From Candidatus Eiseniibacteriota bacterium (GTDB lineage: Bacteria > Eisenbacteria > RBG-16-71-46), in NCBI GenBank assembly GCA_963717505.1, contig OY970342.1, positions 480,001 through 544,000 on the forward strand: a stretch of DNA of 64,000 nucleotides. The letters run 5' to 3'. This document shows positions 23,149 through 35,600 of this stretch, piece after piece (within the stretch, counting starts at the first letter, position 1; every line of letters starts with the position of its first letter). A program made the translations under genes and the position numbers. The notes below the pieces were generated by a model. It did no database searches. It saw only the letters and a program-made list of their open reading frames with translations, and was not told the origin of the DNA.

Positions 23149-24348
23149 TCACCCAGCGACGGTCGGCGAGGCCGGAACCTGCGGACCGGCGCCCAGGGTC
23201 GACCCGGACATCGCCGGCTCGGGCACTGCCCGTGGTCCGGCGCCAAAGCGCGACAGCAACACCGCGCCGATTCCCACCGTCGAGAGTCCGACCACGAACA
23301 GCATGCCGAGCAGGGTGAAGAACAGCGCGGCGGTGCGCGACAACCCCGGCGGGCCCGCGAGCACGGCGGCCAGCACGAAGAATCCGGCGACGAACAAGGT
23401 TCCTGCCGCCAGCGCGCCGTAGGGATTCACGGCGTTCAGCGGCCGCCGGAGCAGGCGCGCGCCGATCACCTGGGTGCACGCGAGCTGGCCGCCCCACAGC
23501 GCGAGCTTGTAGGCCAGCGGCAGCAGGATCGCGAATGGGATCCCGACCACGGTGATCAGTAGAAGCACGATCAGGATCACGACCATGGGCGCCGAGGCGA
23601 TCCCCATCAACAGCGAGGCCCCGGTACGCTGCACTGCGGTCTGGCTGACCCTCTGCATCCGCTCCGGTGCGATCAGGAGCAGGAGACTGCCGAACAGCAT
23701 GGACACCAGCCAGCAGGTGAACACGATCGCGAGCAGCATGGGCAGCGCCGGCATCGACGGCGCCCACGACAGAATGCCGAGCGAAACGCTCTCGCCGCGC
23801 ACATCGGCTCCGGACTGATGGTCGAGCGCCCCGCCGATCGCGACCACGTCACCATCCACGACCGCGGTCGGCTTCAGGATCACCGAACCGAAGACCGCGA
23901 CCACATCGCCGTCGACCTGCCCCTCGACCTCTACCGAACCGAACACGGCGACCACGTCGCCTTCGATTCGTTCGTCGGGTCCGACTTCGGCGTCGGCGAA
24001 CACGCGCACCAGCCCCTCGTCGTCATCGTCGACGATGATCATCGGGCCGCGGATGTCGACGCGATTGCGGCGACCCGTGCCGTCGTCTTCGTCTTCGTCA
24101 CTGCGGATCTGGATGGTACCGCCGCCCACATCGACCTTGACGTCTTCGTCCTTCGTCGTCGACCGAATTCGAATGCCGCCGACGTCGACTTGGGTGGTCT
24201 CGGGGCGAGACGAGGACTTGGACTTGGACTTGGACTGGGCCTGGGACTGGGCCTGGGCGTCGAGTCCGCCCGCCACCATCAGGGTCAGGACCAGGACGGC
24301 GCCGAAGCAGCGCGCGGCCCTGCGCAACGTCGTCTCGAACCGGTGCAT
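23149..24348 (-). CDS. Bactofilin-like (polymer-forming) beta-helix membrane protein
   Basis: Repeated GDVVAVFGSV motif followed by about 5 TM helices; lies in the ECF operon. Confidence 0.75.
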   Translation of the reverse strand: MHRFETTLRRAARCFGAVLVLTLMVAGGLDAQAQSQAQSKSKSKSSSRPETTQVDVGGIRIRSTTKDEDVKVDVGGGTIQIRSDEDEDDGTGRRNRVDIRGPMIIVDDDDEGLVRVFADAEVGPDERIEGDVVAVFGSVEVEGQVDGDVVAVFGSVILKPTAVVDGDVVAIGGALDHQSGADVRGESVSLGILSWAPSMPALPMLLAIVFTCWLVSMLFGSLLLLIAPERMQRVSQTAVQRTGASLLMGIASAPMVVILIVLLLITVVGIPFAILLPLAYKLALWGGQLACTQVIGARLLRRPLNAVNPYGALAAGTLFVAGFFVLAAVLAGPPGLSRTAALFFTLLGMLFVVGLSTVGIGAVLLSRFGAGPRAVPEPAMSGSTLGAGPQVPASPTVAG

Positions 24349-24987
24349 TCAGACCCCCAGGACGCCGAGCGGATCCACCCGGCGGGACGAGCCCCGCTCG
24401 CGCCGATGAATCAGGGCGAGCAGGAGCATGCTGATGAACAGGGCGGCCGACGTGGCGCCAAGGACCGTCGGCTCGGTGAGCACGATGCCGAGTGCCCGAG
24501 GCACGGCGGCGAGGCTTTGCGACATGCCGAGCACGTCGCCCCAGCCGTTGGCGATCCCGAGCGTGATCGCGCCCAGCAGGCTGAATACCGCGGTGACACC
24601 CTGGACCATGAACCACGACGCCCCGGACGAAACCCGCTCCCAGGTCGCCATGGTCCCGGGCAGAGCCAGGACCACCGCGATCGCCGCGACGCTGGCGGCG
24701 AGTGAGCCGGCGTAGGTCCAGCCGAATGCGCGCACCCAATGGCGCCGCGCGGGCACGACGGCAGCGAGAATCCGGCGCGCCAAAGCCGGCCCCGGATCGA
24801 TCAGAGGCGTGGCATCCAGCTCCGCGAACACGCGGACGAACGCCTGGTACTCGCGATCGCAGGTGGCGCACGCGTCGAGGTGTTCGCGAAACGCGAGCGC
24901 GGCCGGCTCGGCGAGCAGACCATCGAGGTAGTCGTGGATACGCTCGAGCTGAGGACAATGCGGAGTGAGTTCGCGCTCGAGGGTCAT
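24349..24987 (-). CDS. zf-HC2 zinc-binding anti-sigma factor
   Basis: YLDG.L and HLDACATC (HxxxCxxC); TM helices. Confidence 0.88.
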   Translation of the reverse strand: MTLERELTPHCPQLERIHDYLDGLLAEPAALAFREHLDACATCDREYQAFVRVFAELDATPLIDPGPALARRILAAVVPARRHWVRAFGWTYAGSLAASVAAIAVVLALPGTMATWERVSSGASWFMVQGVTAVFSLLGAITLGIANGWGDVLGMSQSLAAVPRALGIVLTEPTVLGATSAALFISMLLLALIHRRERGSSRRVDPLGVLGV

Positions 24988-25550
24988 GCTTCCCCCCGTT
25001 CCAGCAGTTCGCGCAACAGGGCGCGTGCGCGATGGATTCGGGCTTTGATCGTTCCCAGCGGCATGTCGAGCGCCTCGGCGATCTCTTCGTATGACAGGTC
25101 TTCCTGATGTCTCAGCATGACGACTATTCGGTAGTGCTCGGGCAGTCGGTCCACGAGGGCCCGCATGCGTCTTTCTTCCTCGAGCTGTTCCGTCTCCTCG
25201 ACCGGCCCGGGTCCCTGATCCGGAAGCTCCAGAGTCCACTCTTCGTTGGAGCCTTGCTCTCTCTGGAACATCGAGATCGTCGGCACCCGCCGGCGTCTCA
25301 TGTGATCGATGCACAGCCGCGACGCGATCGTGAACAACCACGATGAAAACGGTCGCTCCGGATCGTATCGATGGGCGGCCCGAAACATCCGCACGAACGT
25401 CTCCTGCGCGATGTCTTCGGCATCCTCCCGCACTCGAAGCATCCGATACGCGAGCGAGTAGACCCGAGCCTGATATCGCAGGACCAATTCCCGGTAGGCC
25501 CGCTCGTCCCCCGCGACGCACCGTCCGACGAGCGCCGCGTCGTCATTCAC
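24984..25550 (-). CDS. ECF sigma factor (SigW/RpoE-like)
   Basis: DAEDIAQETF, FSSWLFTIA, LSYEEIAE and GTIKARIHRAR. Confidence 0.93.
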   Translation of the reverse strand: MNDDAALVGRCVAGDERAYRELVLRYQARVYSLAYRMLRVREDAEDIAQETFVRMFRAAHRYDPERPFSSWLFTIASRLCIDHMRRRRVPTISMFQREQGSNEEWTLELPDQGPGPVEETEQLEEERRMRALVDRLPEHYRIVVMLRHQEDLSYEEIAEALDMPLGTIKARIHRARALLRELLERGEA

Positions 25551-25581
25551 GCCACGGCCGTTCGCCTGACGACAACCCGAG

Positions 25582-25608
25582 TACGCGGCCCATGCGGCGG
25601 AGGTTTCA
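25582..25608 (-). promoter_or_regulatory. Autoregulatory ECF promoter
   Basis: TGAAAC-N17-CGTA, matching the SigW-type consensus, ~30 nt upstream of the sigma gene. Confidence 0.7.
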
Positions 25609-25624
25609 TGTCGGGCCAAGATAG

Positions 25625-27013
<1,389 letters not shown>

Positions 27014-27065
27014 CCGGGGCTCCCGCGAAAGGATTCGCGGGAGATCGCAGGAGGACACGGAAGTC

Positions 27066-27443
27066 ATGCGCGACATCGAACGCCGCATCAGCCGCTACCA
27101 GCTCGGACGCTATGGCGCCGAGGGGATTCCGGTGCTCCGCCGTCTCCGTTGGATCTGGTTGGTGGCGCTGGCGTGGGTGGTGTGGGCCGGACTCCTGAGC
27201 GAACACAGCTTCTTCCGGCTGTGGCGCATGGAGCGAGAGAACGCCCGCATGCGCGCCGAGCACGTCCAGGTGCGCGCCGACATCCAGCAGCTCGACCGTG
27301 AGCGCACCGACGCCGACCTCAAGCGCGAGCGCACCGAGCGCCTGCTGCGCGAACGGGCCGGCATGGCGCGGCCCGATGAGATCGTCTACCGCATCCGGAC
27401 CGAGTCGTCCGACACTCTGACGCGGGGAATGAACGAGCGCTAG
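27066..27443 (+). CDS. ftsB: Septum formation initiator FtsB/DivIC
   Basis: TM helix plus coiled coil plus RE..GM..PDE.VY; conserved position downstream of eno. Confidence 0.8.
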   Translation: MRDIERRISRYQLGRYGAEGIPVLRRLRWIWLVALAWVVWAGLLSEHSFFRLWRMERENARMRAEHVQVRADIQQLDRERTDADLKRERTERLLRERAGMARPDEIVYRIRTESSDTLTRGMNER

Positions 27444-28192
27444 AGACCGATCGCGACCGCGAGCTTCACGCCGAACCCGCTCAGGTCCAGCGTGTAGGGC
27501 CCGCCCTCGAGATCGTAGAGCGGCTGTCCGGTGGCTCGTTCGACCATCTTGTCGATGACCGCGTCGCGGTAGACGCCACTCAGCATCACGGAGTAGCGCG
27601 CGGCGAAGAACATGTGCCCGCCCATCTCGACGTAGTACCCCGGCGCGTCCTGGACTGCCACGGTCATGACACTCGGGATGCCGGGCACGTTCCGCACCTC
27701 TTGCTGGAACAAGGCCCGGCTGTACACCTGGCTGGTCAATCCGGCGCCGAAAAAGGCGCGCGCCTGGAAGTCGCCCTGGTTGTAGGGCGCCAGGTAGTAG
27801 GCGCCGCCGACGTGGACCGGAACCGTGAGCACCTCGCCATGGAGCTGGATCGCCGCGCCGAGGAACGGCAGGTACTCGCGATCGGTCGTGATGCGCATCT
27901 GGCCGACGCCGGCGTTGATCGCGATGTTCGGGCGAACGAAGTAGCGCACCTGGGCCTCGAACATCCATCCCAGGCTGATCTTCTTCATGCCCTCGAGGCC
28001 GAAGGGTTCGAGCCCCGTGCGGTTGATGAAGTCGATGGTTTCGTTGAAGTCGCCGCCGTCGACCGACATTGGGCTGCCGGAGAGGACGATGCTGAATCGG
28101 CGGACTTCGGCGGCCGCGCGCGCGTCGCGCGCAGACCAGCCCACCGCCCCGGCCGCGACCAGGACGGCACACACTAGAATTCTCGATTTCAA
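27440..28192 (-). CDS. Outer-membrane beta-barrel protein
   Basis: Signal peptide; alternating strands; LDLSG...K C-terminus. Confidence 0.65.
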   Translation of the reverse strand: MKSRILVCAVLVAAGAVGWSARDARAAAEVRRFSIVLSGSPMSVDGGDFNETIDFINRTGLEPFGLEGMKKISLGWMFEAQVRYFVRPNIAINAGVGQMRITTDREYLPFLGAAIQLHGEVLTVPVHVGGAYYLAPYNQGDFQARAFFGAGLTSQVYSRALFQQEVRNVPGIPSVMTVAVQDAPGYYVEMGGHMFFAARYSVMLSGVYRDAVIDKMVERATGQPLYDLEGGPYTLDLSGFGVKLAVAIGL

Positions 28193-28345
28193 GTTGCGGA
28201 TCCTCCGCGACTCTGGCGGGCACTCCCGGTGCGGAAACGAGATCGGGCAGGATAGTCAGCCGGACGATGTGCCGCAAATCGCGGTCCGCGTAACGGCCTG
28301 CAGGGCTTGACTTGGCCCCGGCCCTGGCCTACCGTCCTGGCCGAT

Positions 28346-28422
<77 letters not shown>

Positions 28423-28430
28423 ATCTAGAC

Positions 28431-28464
28431 GGGCGGATCCCCAGGGATTCGCCCGGATTTTTTT
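28431..28464 (+). terminator. Intrinsic terminator after the tRNA
   Basis: GGGCGGATCCC-CA-GGGATTCGCCC hairpin followed by a T7 tract. Confidence 0.75.
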
Positions 28465-28472
28465 GCGGCGCC

Positions 28473-29384
28473 TCACGATCCCGTGAGCAGCCGGACCGCC
28501 GCATCGACCGTCAGGGCCGCGTAGAGCGCGAACAGGTAGAGGATCGAGAAGCGGAAGACGCGCACGGCATCCGCGGTCGCCGCCGAAGCCTTGAGACGGT
28601 GGACATCGCGCAGGAACTTGGCCCCGAACACGACGGCCGCCAGCGCGAACACCGGTCCGCGCACCAGCCACGCCACGCCCAGCGTGGTCGCGAACAACAG
28701 CCACGTATAGAGGACGATCTGCCGCCGGGTCTCGGCCTCGCCGTGAGTCACCGGCAGCATCGGCAGATTGGCACGCAGGTAGTCCTCGCGGCGGTAGAGC
28801 GACAGGGCCCAGAAGTGCGGTGGCGTCCACATGAAGACGATCGCTGCCATCAGCACGGCGGTGATGCTCACCGTGCCGGTCACCGCCGCCCACGCGATGA
28901 TCGGCGCTGAGGCTCCGGCCGCCCCGCCAATCACGATGTTGTGGGGCGTGCGCCGCTTGAGCCATACGGTATAGAACACCGCGTAGTAGACGATGGACGC
29001 GAGGGCGATGCCGGCCGCGAGCAGCGTCGTGCCTCCGGCGAGCACGATCATCGACAGGATGCCGAGCCCGAAGCCGACGATCAGGGCATGTTCGGGGCGC
29101 AGGATTCCTGCGGGCAGCGGCCGGGTCGCAGTGCGCCGCATGAGGGCGTCGATGTCGCGATCGAAATAGTGGTTGAAGGCGGCCGCGGAGGCCGAGGCCA
29201 GCGTGATTCCGGCGAGCGTCGCCGCGGCGACCGCGGGATCGAGTCCGGTGCCGCCGGCCAGCATGAGCGCCGGCACGCCGGTGACCAGGACGAGCAACAC
29301 GATGTTCGGCTTAGTCAGCTCGAAGCACGCCGAGATCCGGCGCGCGAGGGTCGGCCGGTGTGTGAGGGCTTCGGCCGTGGTCAC
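28473..29384 (-). CDS. ctaB: Protoheme IX farnesyltransferase (heme O synthase)
   Basis: LTKP, N..FDRDID..M.RT..RPLP, LKRRT..NIVIGG and WTPPHFWAL; GTGA overlap with ctaA. Confidence 0.95.
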   Translation of the reverse strand: MTTAEALTHRPTLARRISACFELTKPNIVLLVLVTGVPALMLAGGTGLDPAVAAATLAGITLASASAAAFNHYFDRDIDALMRRTATRPLPAGILRPEHALIVGFGLGILSMIVLAGGTTLLAAGIALASIVYYAVFYTVWLKRRTPHNIVIGGAAGASAPIIAWAAVTGTVSITAVLMAAIVFMWTPPHFWALSLYRREDYLRANLPMLPVTHGEAETRRQIVLYTWLLFATTLGVAWLVRGPVFALAAVVFGAKFLRDVHRLKASAATADAVRVFRFSILYLFALYAALTVDAAVRLLTGS

Positions 29385-30328
29385 GATGCCTTCATCGTCA
29401 TCGCGCTTCCGCCGACTCGTGCCGGCGAACGGAGCCCGGACCACGCGCGCAGGGTGACTGCGCTCAAGAGACCCAACAACACGGTGGCGACGCCGAGGTG
29501 GATCGCAGACAGCCAGAACGGAGTGCGCAGGAACACGTTCAGGATCCCGAGCACCGCCTGGGAGACGCCGACCGCCAACGCCAGCGCCGTGCCTCGGCGC
29601 AGCCGCGGATCGGGCGAGCGTCGCGCCGCGATCGCAACGCCGAGCAGCGCGGCCAGCAGGACGTAGGCGACGAAGCGATGCATCATCTGGAGGCCGACGA
29701 GGCCGACGAGGGGCGGGAACAGCTCGCCCTGGCATGCCGGCCAGTCGGGGCACACATTGCCGGCATGGCTGGTGCTCACCACCCCGCCGAGCACGGCTTG
29801 AACGAAGGTCAGCACGGTCACCGCGAGCAGGGCCAGCGCGAGCCCGGTGGAACCGGCGGAGACCAGCGTGCGGCCGTCCTCGGGCTTCGCCAACAACGCC
29901 ATCGAGAGCACGGTCACGAACAACAGGAGTGCGGTCGCCAGATGACTGCTGACCACCGACGGGCTGAGCAGGTGCCACACGGTGAGTGCGCCCAGCAGGA
30001 TCTGGACGAACAGGAGCAGGACCGAAAGCCCGGCGATCGCGCCGAGCCGGCGACGGGTTTCACGCCGCGCCCAGATCCAGGCCACGGTCGTGAACAGGAA
30101 GAGACTGACCAGCAGCGCCACCGTGCGGTGCCACCACTCGATCAGAACGTTGAATTGGAAGCGCGGAATGATGCGGCCTTCGCACAGTGGCCAGTCCGGA
30201 CACGCCAGACCGGAACCGGTGGTGCGAACGACCGAGCCGAGCACCATGAGCCCAAGCATCAGGGCCGCAGTGATGCCGGCGAGACGACCGGCGATGGTGA
30301 ACGATCGGGTGGGTGACAGGGGTGACAC
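29381..30328 (-). CDS. ctaA: Heme A synthase (COX15/CtaA)
   Basis: SGLACPDWPLC and EWWHR; a second CPDWP.C and HR; multi-TM. Confidence 0.93.
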   Translation of the reverse strand: MSPLSPTRSFTIAGRLAGITAALMLGLMVLGSVVRTTGSGLACPDWPLCEGRIIPRFQFNVLIEWWHRTVALLVSLFLFTTVAWIWARRETRRRLGAIAGLSVLLLFVQILLGALTVWHLLSPSVVSSHLATALLLFVTVLSMALLAKPEDGRTLVSAGSTGLALALLAVTVLTFVQAVLGGVVSTSHAGNVCPDWPACQGELFPPLVGLVGLQMMHRFVAYVLLAALLGVAIAARRSPDPRLRRGTALALAVGVSQAVLGILNVFLRTPFWLSAIHLGVATVLLGLLSAVTLRAWSGLRSPARVGGSAMTMKAS

Positions 30329-30480
30329 TCCAGCGAGTCTCCGAGGCGGCTGGCGACGGTAGCACAGCATGCTGGAGCGGGCGAGCGGATGGTCTCGAGT
30401 CGCGGAGCATCCTCGCTTTGCCCGGTTCGTGCGGCGCACTATTCTCGCTCGGGAACTCGACGGTCGCCCATGGGGGTCGC

Positions 30481-30942
30481 ATGACCGAATTCACCTACGT
30501 CTCACGCAGCCGCATCGAGAAGGTCGCCGGACTGCATCGCCGCGCCCATCTCGAGTCCGGCGCCGACTGCGACTTCGGCGTCCATGGGGTGATCAAGGAA
30601 CACTATCGCTTGTCCCCCGAGCGAGAGCTGCCGCTGCCGGTGGACTACATCGTCGCGGCCACGGCGGGTTGAATGCTGGGCACCCTGAATGGCGCACTGG
30701 AGGTGCGCCAGGTGAATCTGCCGCCCGATGCGATCGCGGCTCGGGCCGAGGGTCACCATGAGATTCGCGACGGCCTGCCGGTGCTGACCGAGATCCACGT
30801 GCACTACACCCTGCGGATTCCCGCCGGCTCCCGCGAGACCGTCGACCGGGCCCTGGCCCGCCACCAGGAAAAGTGCCCGACCGCGGCCACGCTCAAAGGC
30901 GCCGTCCTGGTTCGCTGGACGGCGGACATCACCGAAGTCTGA
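30481..30942 (+). CDS. OsmC/Ohr-family protein with in-frame UGA (probable selenocysteine)
   Basis: One reading frame: ...YIVAATAG-UGA(30670)-MLGT...KCPT. The UGA sits at the first catalytic Cys position and a downstream hairpin is present. Confidence 0.85.
30681..30714 (+). promoter_or_regulatory. Bacterial SECIS-like hairpin
   Basis: TGGCGCAC-TGGAG-GTGCGCCA perfect 8-bp stem starting 17 nt after the UGA, flanked by CACC/GGTG. Confidence 0.7.
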
Positions 30943-32012
30943 TGTCAGGCTCCCTCGGAGAACGCAGCGTCGAACTCGACGCCCGGGCGAGCGGGGCCGC
31001 GGTCGCCGGGCACGATCGCGCGTGGACGCGCCGGGTGCTCCCCCGAGTTTCGCGCACGTTTGCGGTCAACATCCGGGTCCTGCAGGGTTCGCTCGGCGAC
31101 GCGGTGCGCACCGCGTACCTGTTGTGCCGGGTCGCCGACACGCTCGAGGACGCATGGTCCGGGTCCGCCGAAGAGATCGGGGCGCGCTTCGATCTGCTGG
31201 CCGCGTCACTCGACCAGGATCGCGCCGCCGCCGCGGCACTCGCCCGGGACGCCGCGCGCCAGCCGCGCCAGCCCGATCTCGACCTGGTCGCCGATCTGCC
31301 GGCGCTGCTCGCCGAGTTCGAGCGCCTCGATGTCGAGGATCGAATCATCATCATCGAAGCCGTGCAGACCATGATCCACGGCATGCGCGGATATGCGATG
31401 CGGGCCGCCGAGCGCCGGGACCAGGAGCCGGTCCCCTACCTCGACACCGAGGGCGAGCTGCACGACTACTGTTGGGTGGTCGCCGGATGCGTGGGCGTGA
31501 TGCTCACGCGGCTCTACGGTCTGCGCCATTCGGGAGACGCCCCGAATGTGATCGCGCGCCGGCTCGACTTGTCCCCGGTCGTCGGCGAGGCGCTGCAACT
31601 CACCAACATCCTGCTCGACTGGCCTCGCGATCTGCGGCGCGGGCGCTGCCACATTCCCGCGAGCTGGCTGGCGGATCAGGATCTCACGCTGAACACGTTG
31701 ATCGAGCCCGTCGACGATCGACCACGACGGGTGGCGGAACGACTCGAGACCCTGGCCCGCGCCGCGTTGGCTCGGGTTCCCGACTACCTGGTCCTCTACC
31801 CCGCCTCGTCGGTGCGCTATCGAATGTTCGTGCTGTGGCCGGCCCTCTGGGCGCTGGCTTCGATCCGTCATGCGCGCACCGACCCCGCGTTTCCCTTCAC
31901 TTCCCATCGACCGCGCCTGCCGCGAGGAGAGGTCCGGCGAATCGCGGTCGCGGCGTCGGTGGCCGGCCACACGCGGGGTGGGGTTCGGCACCTGTTCGAC
32001 TCGACGCTCTAG
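30942..32012 (+). CDS. Squalene/phytoene synthase family protein
   Basis: VSRTFA, YLLCR.ADTLED, YC..VAG.VG and LQLTNIL.D. Confidence 0.88.
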   Translation: MSGSLGERSVELDARASGAAVAGHDRAWTRRVLPRVSRTFAVNIRVLQGSLGDAVRTAYLLCRVADTLEDAWSGSAEEIGARFDLLAASLDQDRAAAAALARDAARQPRQPDLDLVADLPALLAEFERLDVEDRIIIIEAVQTMIHGMRGYAMRAAERRDQEPVPYLDTEGELHDYCWVVAGCVGVMLTRLYGLRHSGDAPNVIARRLDLSPVVGEALQLTNILLDWPRDLRRGRCHIPASWLADQDLTLNTLIEPVDDRPRRVAERLETLARAALARVPDYLVLYPASSVRYRMFVLWPALWALASIRHARTDPAFPFTSHRPRLPRGEVRRIAVAASVAGHTRGGVRHLFDSTL

Positions 32013-32168
32013 TTGCTGGGACCGCCGCGATGTCGCAGCGATCGGGCCTGAGCCGTTCCCCCTGCCGTGGGTTCTTGAAGAAGAGGTGGCCCCCGACGCC
32101 CTTGATGCCTCCACCTAAACAAAGGAAGCAATCGGTCGCGAGTGTCGGGTGGTTTCCCGGGTTTTTCG

Positions 32169-32197
32169 TTGACATGACCTCTGACGGAGCCTAACGT
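32169..32197 (+). promoter_or_regulatory. Sigma70-type promoter
   Basis: TTGACA-17-TAACGT, ~450 nt upstream of ATG 32644. Confidence 0.55.
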
Positions 32198-32643
32198 TCC
32201 GCCCCAGGTACCCGACGATTTTCCAGCAAACCCGCGCGGTGGCCGCCGTTTGTTGTTCGACGCGCCCAGGCCGCGCCATTCAATGCTCCTAGCCGCTTTG
32301 CGCTTGAAAGCAGAGCGCATGTACACGACGGAGATCGTCCCGGGTTTCGTTTCGTGTACGGCTGGACCCCCCACCAGCCTGTCAGGACGCGGTGGCCGCC
32401 GCTGATCAAATGCGTCCGGAGCCGCGCCATGGCCTCAATTGGTTTCGTTCTCACTCGGAGTGCGAACTCCCGGTGCGAAAGTGAGGTGTTTGGCTCTTTC
32501 TTTTGTTCAGCCTCCTGGCTGACTCACTGAACTTGCCCCTTGGCTCATTCGCAATTTCATTGACGTTTCAGGCCGCGGCTTCGCTTCCACATTCGAGTCG
32601 CGAAAACGTTCGGCAACACCCCCAGTGGAACGGAGGAAATGCG

Positions 32644-35600
32644 ATGACGCACACGAGAACTCGCCCCAAGACATGGCGACATGGTTGGGGCGTCTTGATT
32701 TTCCTGGCCGCCTTGCTGGCCCCGGCAGCCGCGCACGCGATATCGAGCGATATCGTGATCAGCCAGGTGTACGGCGGCGGCGGCAATGCCGGCTCCGTAT
32801 TCACCAATGACTTTATCGAGCTGCACAACCGTGGCACGTCGCCGGTGAATGTTTCCACGTGGAGCGTTCAGTACGCATCCGCGGCGGGCACCTCGTGGCT
32901 GAAGACGAACCTCACGGGGACCGACCCCATCCCGGCCGGCGGGTACCTGCTGATTCAGATGGCGGCAGGGACAGGTGGCACAACTCCCCTCCCGACACCG
33001 GAAGTCATCGGGACGACCAACATGAGCGCTACGGCCGGCAAGGTGGCGCTGGTCAATGATCAGACCACGATTGGAGCAATTTCCTGTCCCACCGGGGCCA
33101 CCATCGTGGACTTCGTTGGCTTCGGCACAACTGCCAACTGCTTTGAGGGCACAGGGCCGACGCCGGCGCCAAGCAATACCAACGCGGTGCTCCGTGGCGA
33201 CGCGGGCTGCACAGAAACCGACAGCAACTCCAGCGACTTCGCTGCGGGCGCCCCGACACCGCGTAACAAAGTTTCGGCCCCCGTCGCCTGTTTCTACAGC
33301 CTGACGACCACTGTCGTCGGCAATGGCTCGGTGAGCCGCAGCCCGAATGCTGCCGACTACCTGCCGGGAACTAGCGTCGATCTCAGCGCCTCCGCCGATC
33401 CAAACTGGCACTTCGTCGGATGGAGCGGCGACGCCAGCGGCTCGTCGAGCCCGGTTAGCGTATTGATGGACATGAACAAGATTGTGACCGCGACGTTCGA
33501 GATCGACACCTACACCCTGACCTATCTGGCCGGGGCCGGTGGCATGATCTCGGGCACCACTACGCAGGTGGTCGGCTACGGCAGTGACGGCACCGAAGTG
33601 GTCGCCGTGGCCAACACCGGCTACCACTTCGTCACCTGGGACGACGGCGTGCTGACCGCGGCGCGCACCGATCTCGGCGTCACCGCCGACCTCACGGCGA
33701 CCGCGTCATTCGCGATCAACACTTACACCCTGACCTACACGGCAGGCGCGAACGGCATGATCTCGGGGACCAGCCCGCAGGTCGTCGACCACGGCGCCAA
33801 CGGCAGCGAGGTGACGGCGGTGGCGGATGCCAACTATCACTTCGTCAGCTGGAGCGACGGGGTGCTGACGGCGACGCGCACCGATGAAAACGTCACCGGC
33901 GACATCACCGTCTCCGCGACGTTCGCGATCAACACCTACACCCTGACCTACACGGCCGGGGCAGGTGGCTCGATCTCCGGATCCGCAGCACAGGTGGTCA
34001 ACCACGGTGCTGATGGCACAGCGGTGACGGCGGTGGCGGATCCCAACTATCACTTCGTCGACTGGAGTGACGGGAATCCGAGCGCTTCGCGCACCGAGAC
34101 CAACGTCACGGCCAATCTCAGCTTCACCGCCAACTTCGCGATCGACACCTACACCCTGACCTACTCGGCCGGGGCAGGTGGCACGATCTCCGGATCCGCA
34201 GCACAGGTGGTCAACCACGGTGCTAATGGCACAGCGGTGACGGCGGTGGCGGATCCCAACTATCACTTCGTCGACTGGAGTGACGGCGGGGTGAACGCGA
34301 CGCGCTTCGAGACCAACGTCACGGCCAACCTCAGCTTCACCGCCAATTTCGCGATCGACACCTACACCCTGTCCTATACGGCCGGGCCCGGTGGCACGAT
34401 CTCCGGATCCGCAGCACAGGTGGTCAACCACGGTGCTAATGGCACAGCGGTGACGGCGGTGGCGGATCCCAACTATCACTTCGTCGACTGGAGTGACGGC
34501 GGGGTGAACGCGACGCGCTTCGAGACCAACGTCACGGCCAACCTCAGCTTCACCGCCAATTTCGCGATCGACACCTACACCCTGAGCTATACGGCTGGGC
34601 TCGGTGGCACGATCTCCGGATCCGCAGCACAGGTGGTCAACCACGGTGCTAATGGCACAGCGGTGACGGCGGTGGCGGATCCCAACTATCACTTCGTCGA
34701 CTGGAGTGACGGCGGGGTGAACGCGACGCGCTTCGAGACCAACGTCACGGCCAACCTCAGCTTTACCGCCAATTTCGCGATCGACACCTACACCCTGTCC
34801 TATACGGCTGGGCTCGGTGGCACGATCTCCGGATCCGCGGCACAGGTGGTCAACCACGGTGCTAATGGCACAGCGGTGACGGCGGTGGCGGATCCCAACT
34901 ATCACTTCGTCGACTGGAGTGACGGCGGGGTGAACGCGACGCGCTTCGAGACCAACGTCACGGCCAACCTCAGCTTCACCGCCAACTTCGCGCTCGACAC
35001 CTACACCCTGAGCTACACGGCGGGTACGGGTGGCTCGATTACGGGTAGCACGCTGCAGGTCGTCAACCACGGTGCCAATGGCACAGCGGTGACGGCGGTG
35101 GCGGATGCCAACTATCACTTCGTCGACTGGAGTGACGGCGGGGTTAACGCGACGCGCTTCGAGACCAACGTCACGACCAACCTCAGCTTCACCGCCAACT
35201 TCACGATCAACACCTACAAGCTGGCGGTGATCATCGTCGGCTCGGGAACCGTGACCAGGGATCCGGTCGCGGAGTTCTACGACTACGGGACGACCGTCGA
35301 GTTGGCGGCCACGCCCGCGGCCGGTTGGTACCTGGTGAACTGGACGGGAGCGGCCTCGGGAACGACGAGCCCGGTGTTCGTGTTCATGGACGCCATCAAG
35401 TCGGTCACCGCGACGTTCGCGATCAATACCTACTCGCTGGACGTGACAGTGGTGGGCAGCGGCTCGGTGGCCAAGAACCCCAATTTCCTCGAGTACAGCC
35501 ACGGCGCCAGCGTCGATCTGAGCGCGACCGCGCCCTTCGGCTGGACCTTCTCCAGCTGGAGCGGCGACGCGACCGGCAGTTCGAATCCGGTCACCCTGCT

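Noticed and set aside
32290-32320. CGCAAAGC (minus strand) resembling a c-di-GMP-I riboswitch
   Set aside because: Wrong strand for the downstream gene and the preceding GAAA-tetraloop stem is missing.
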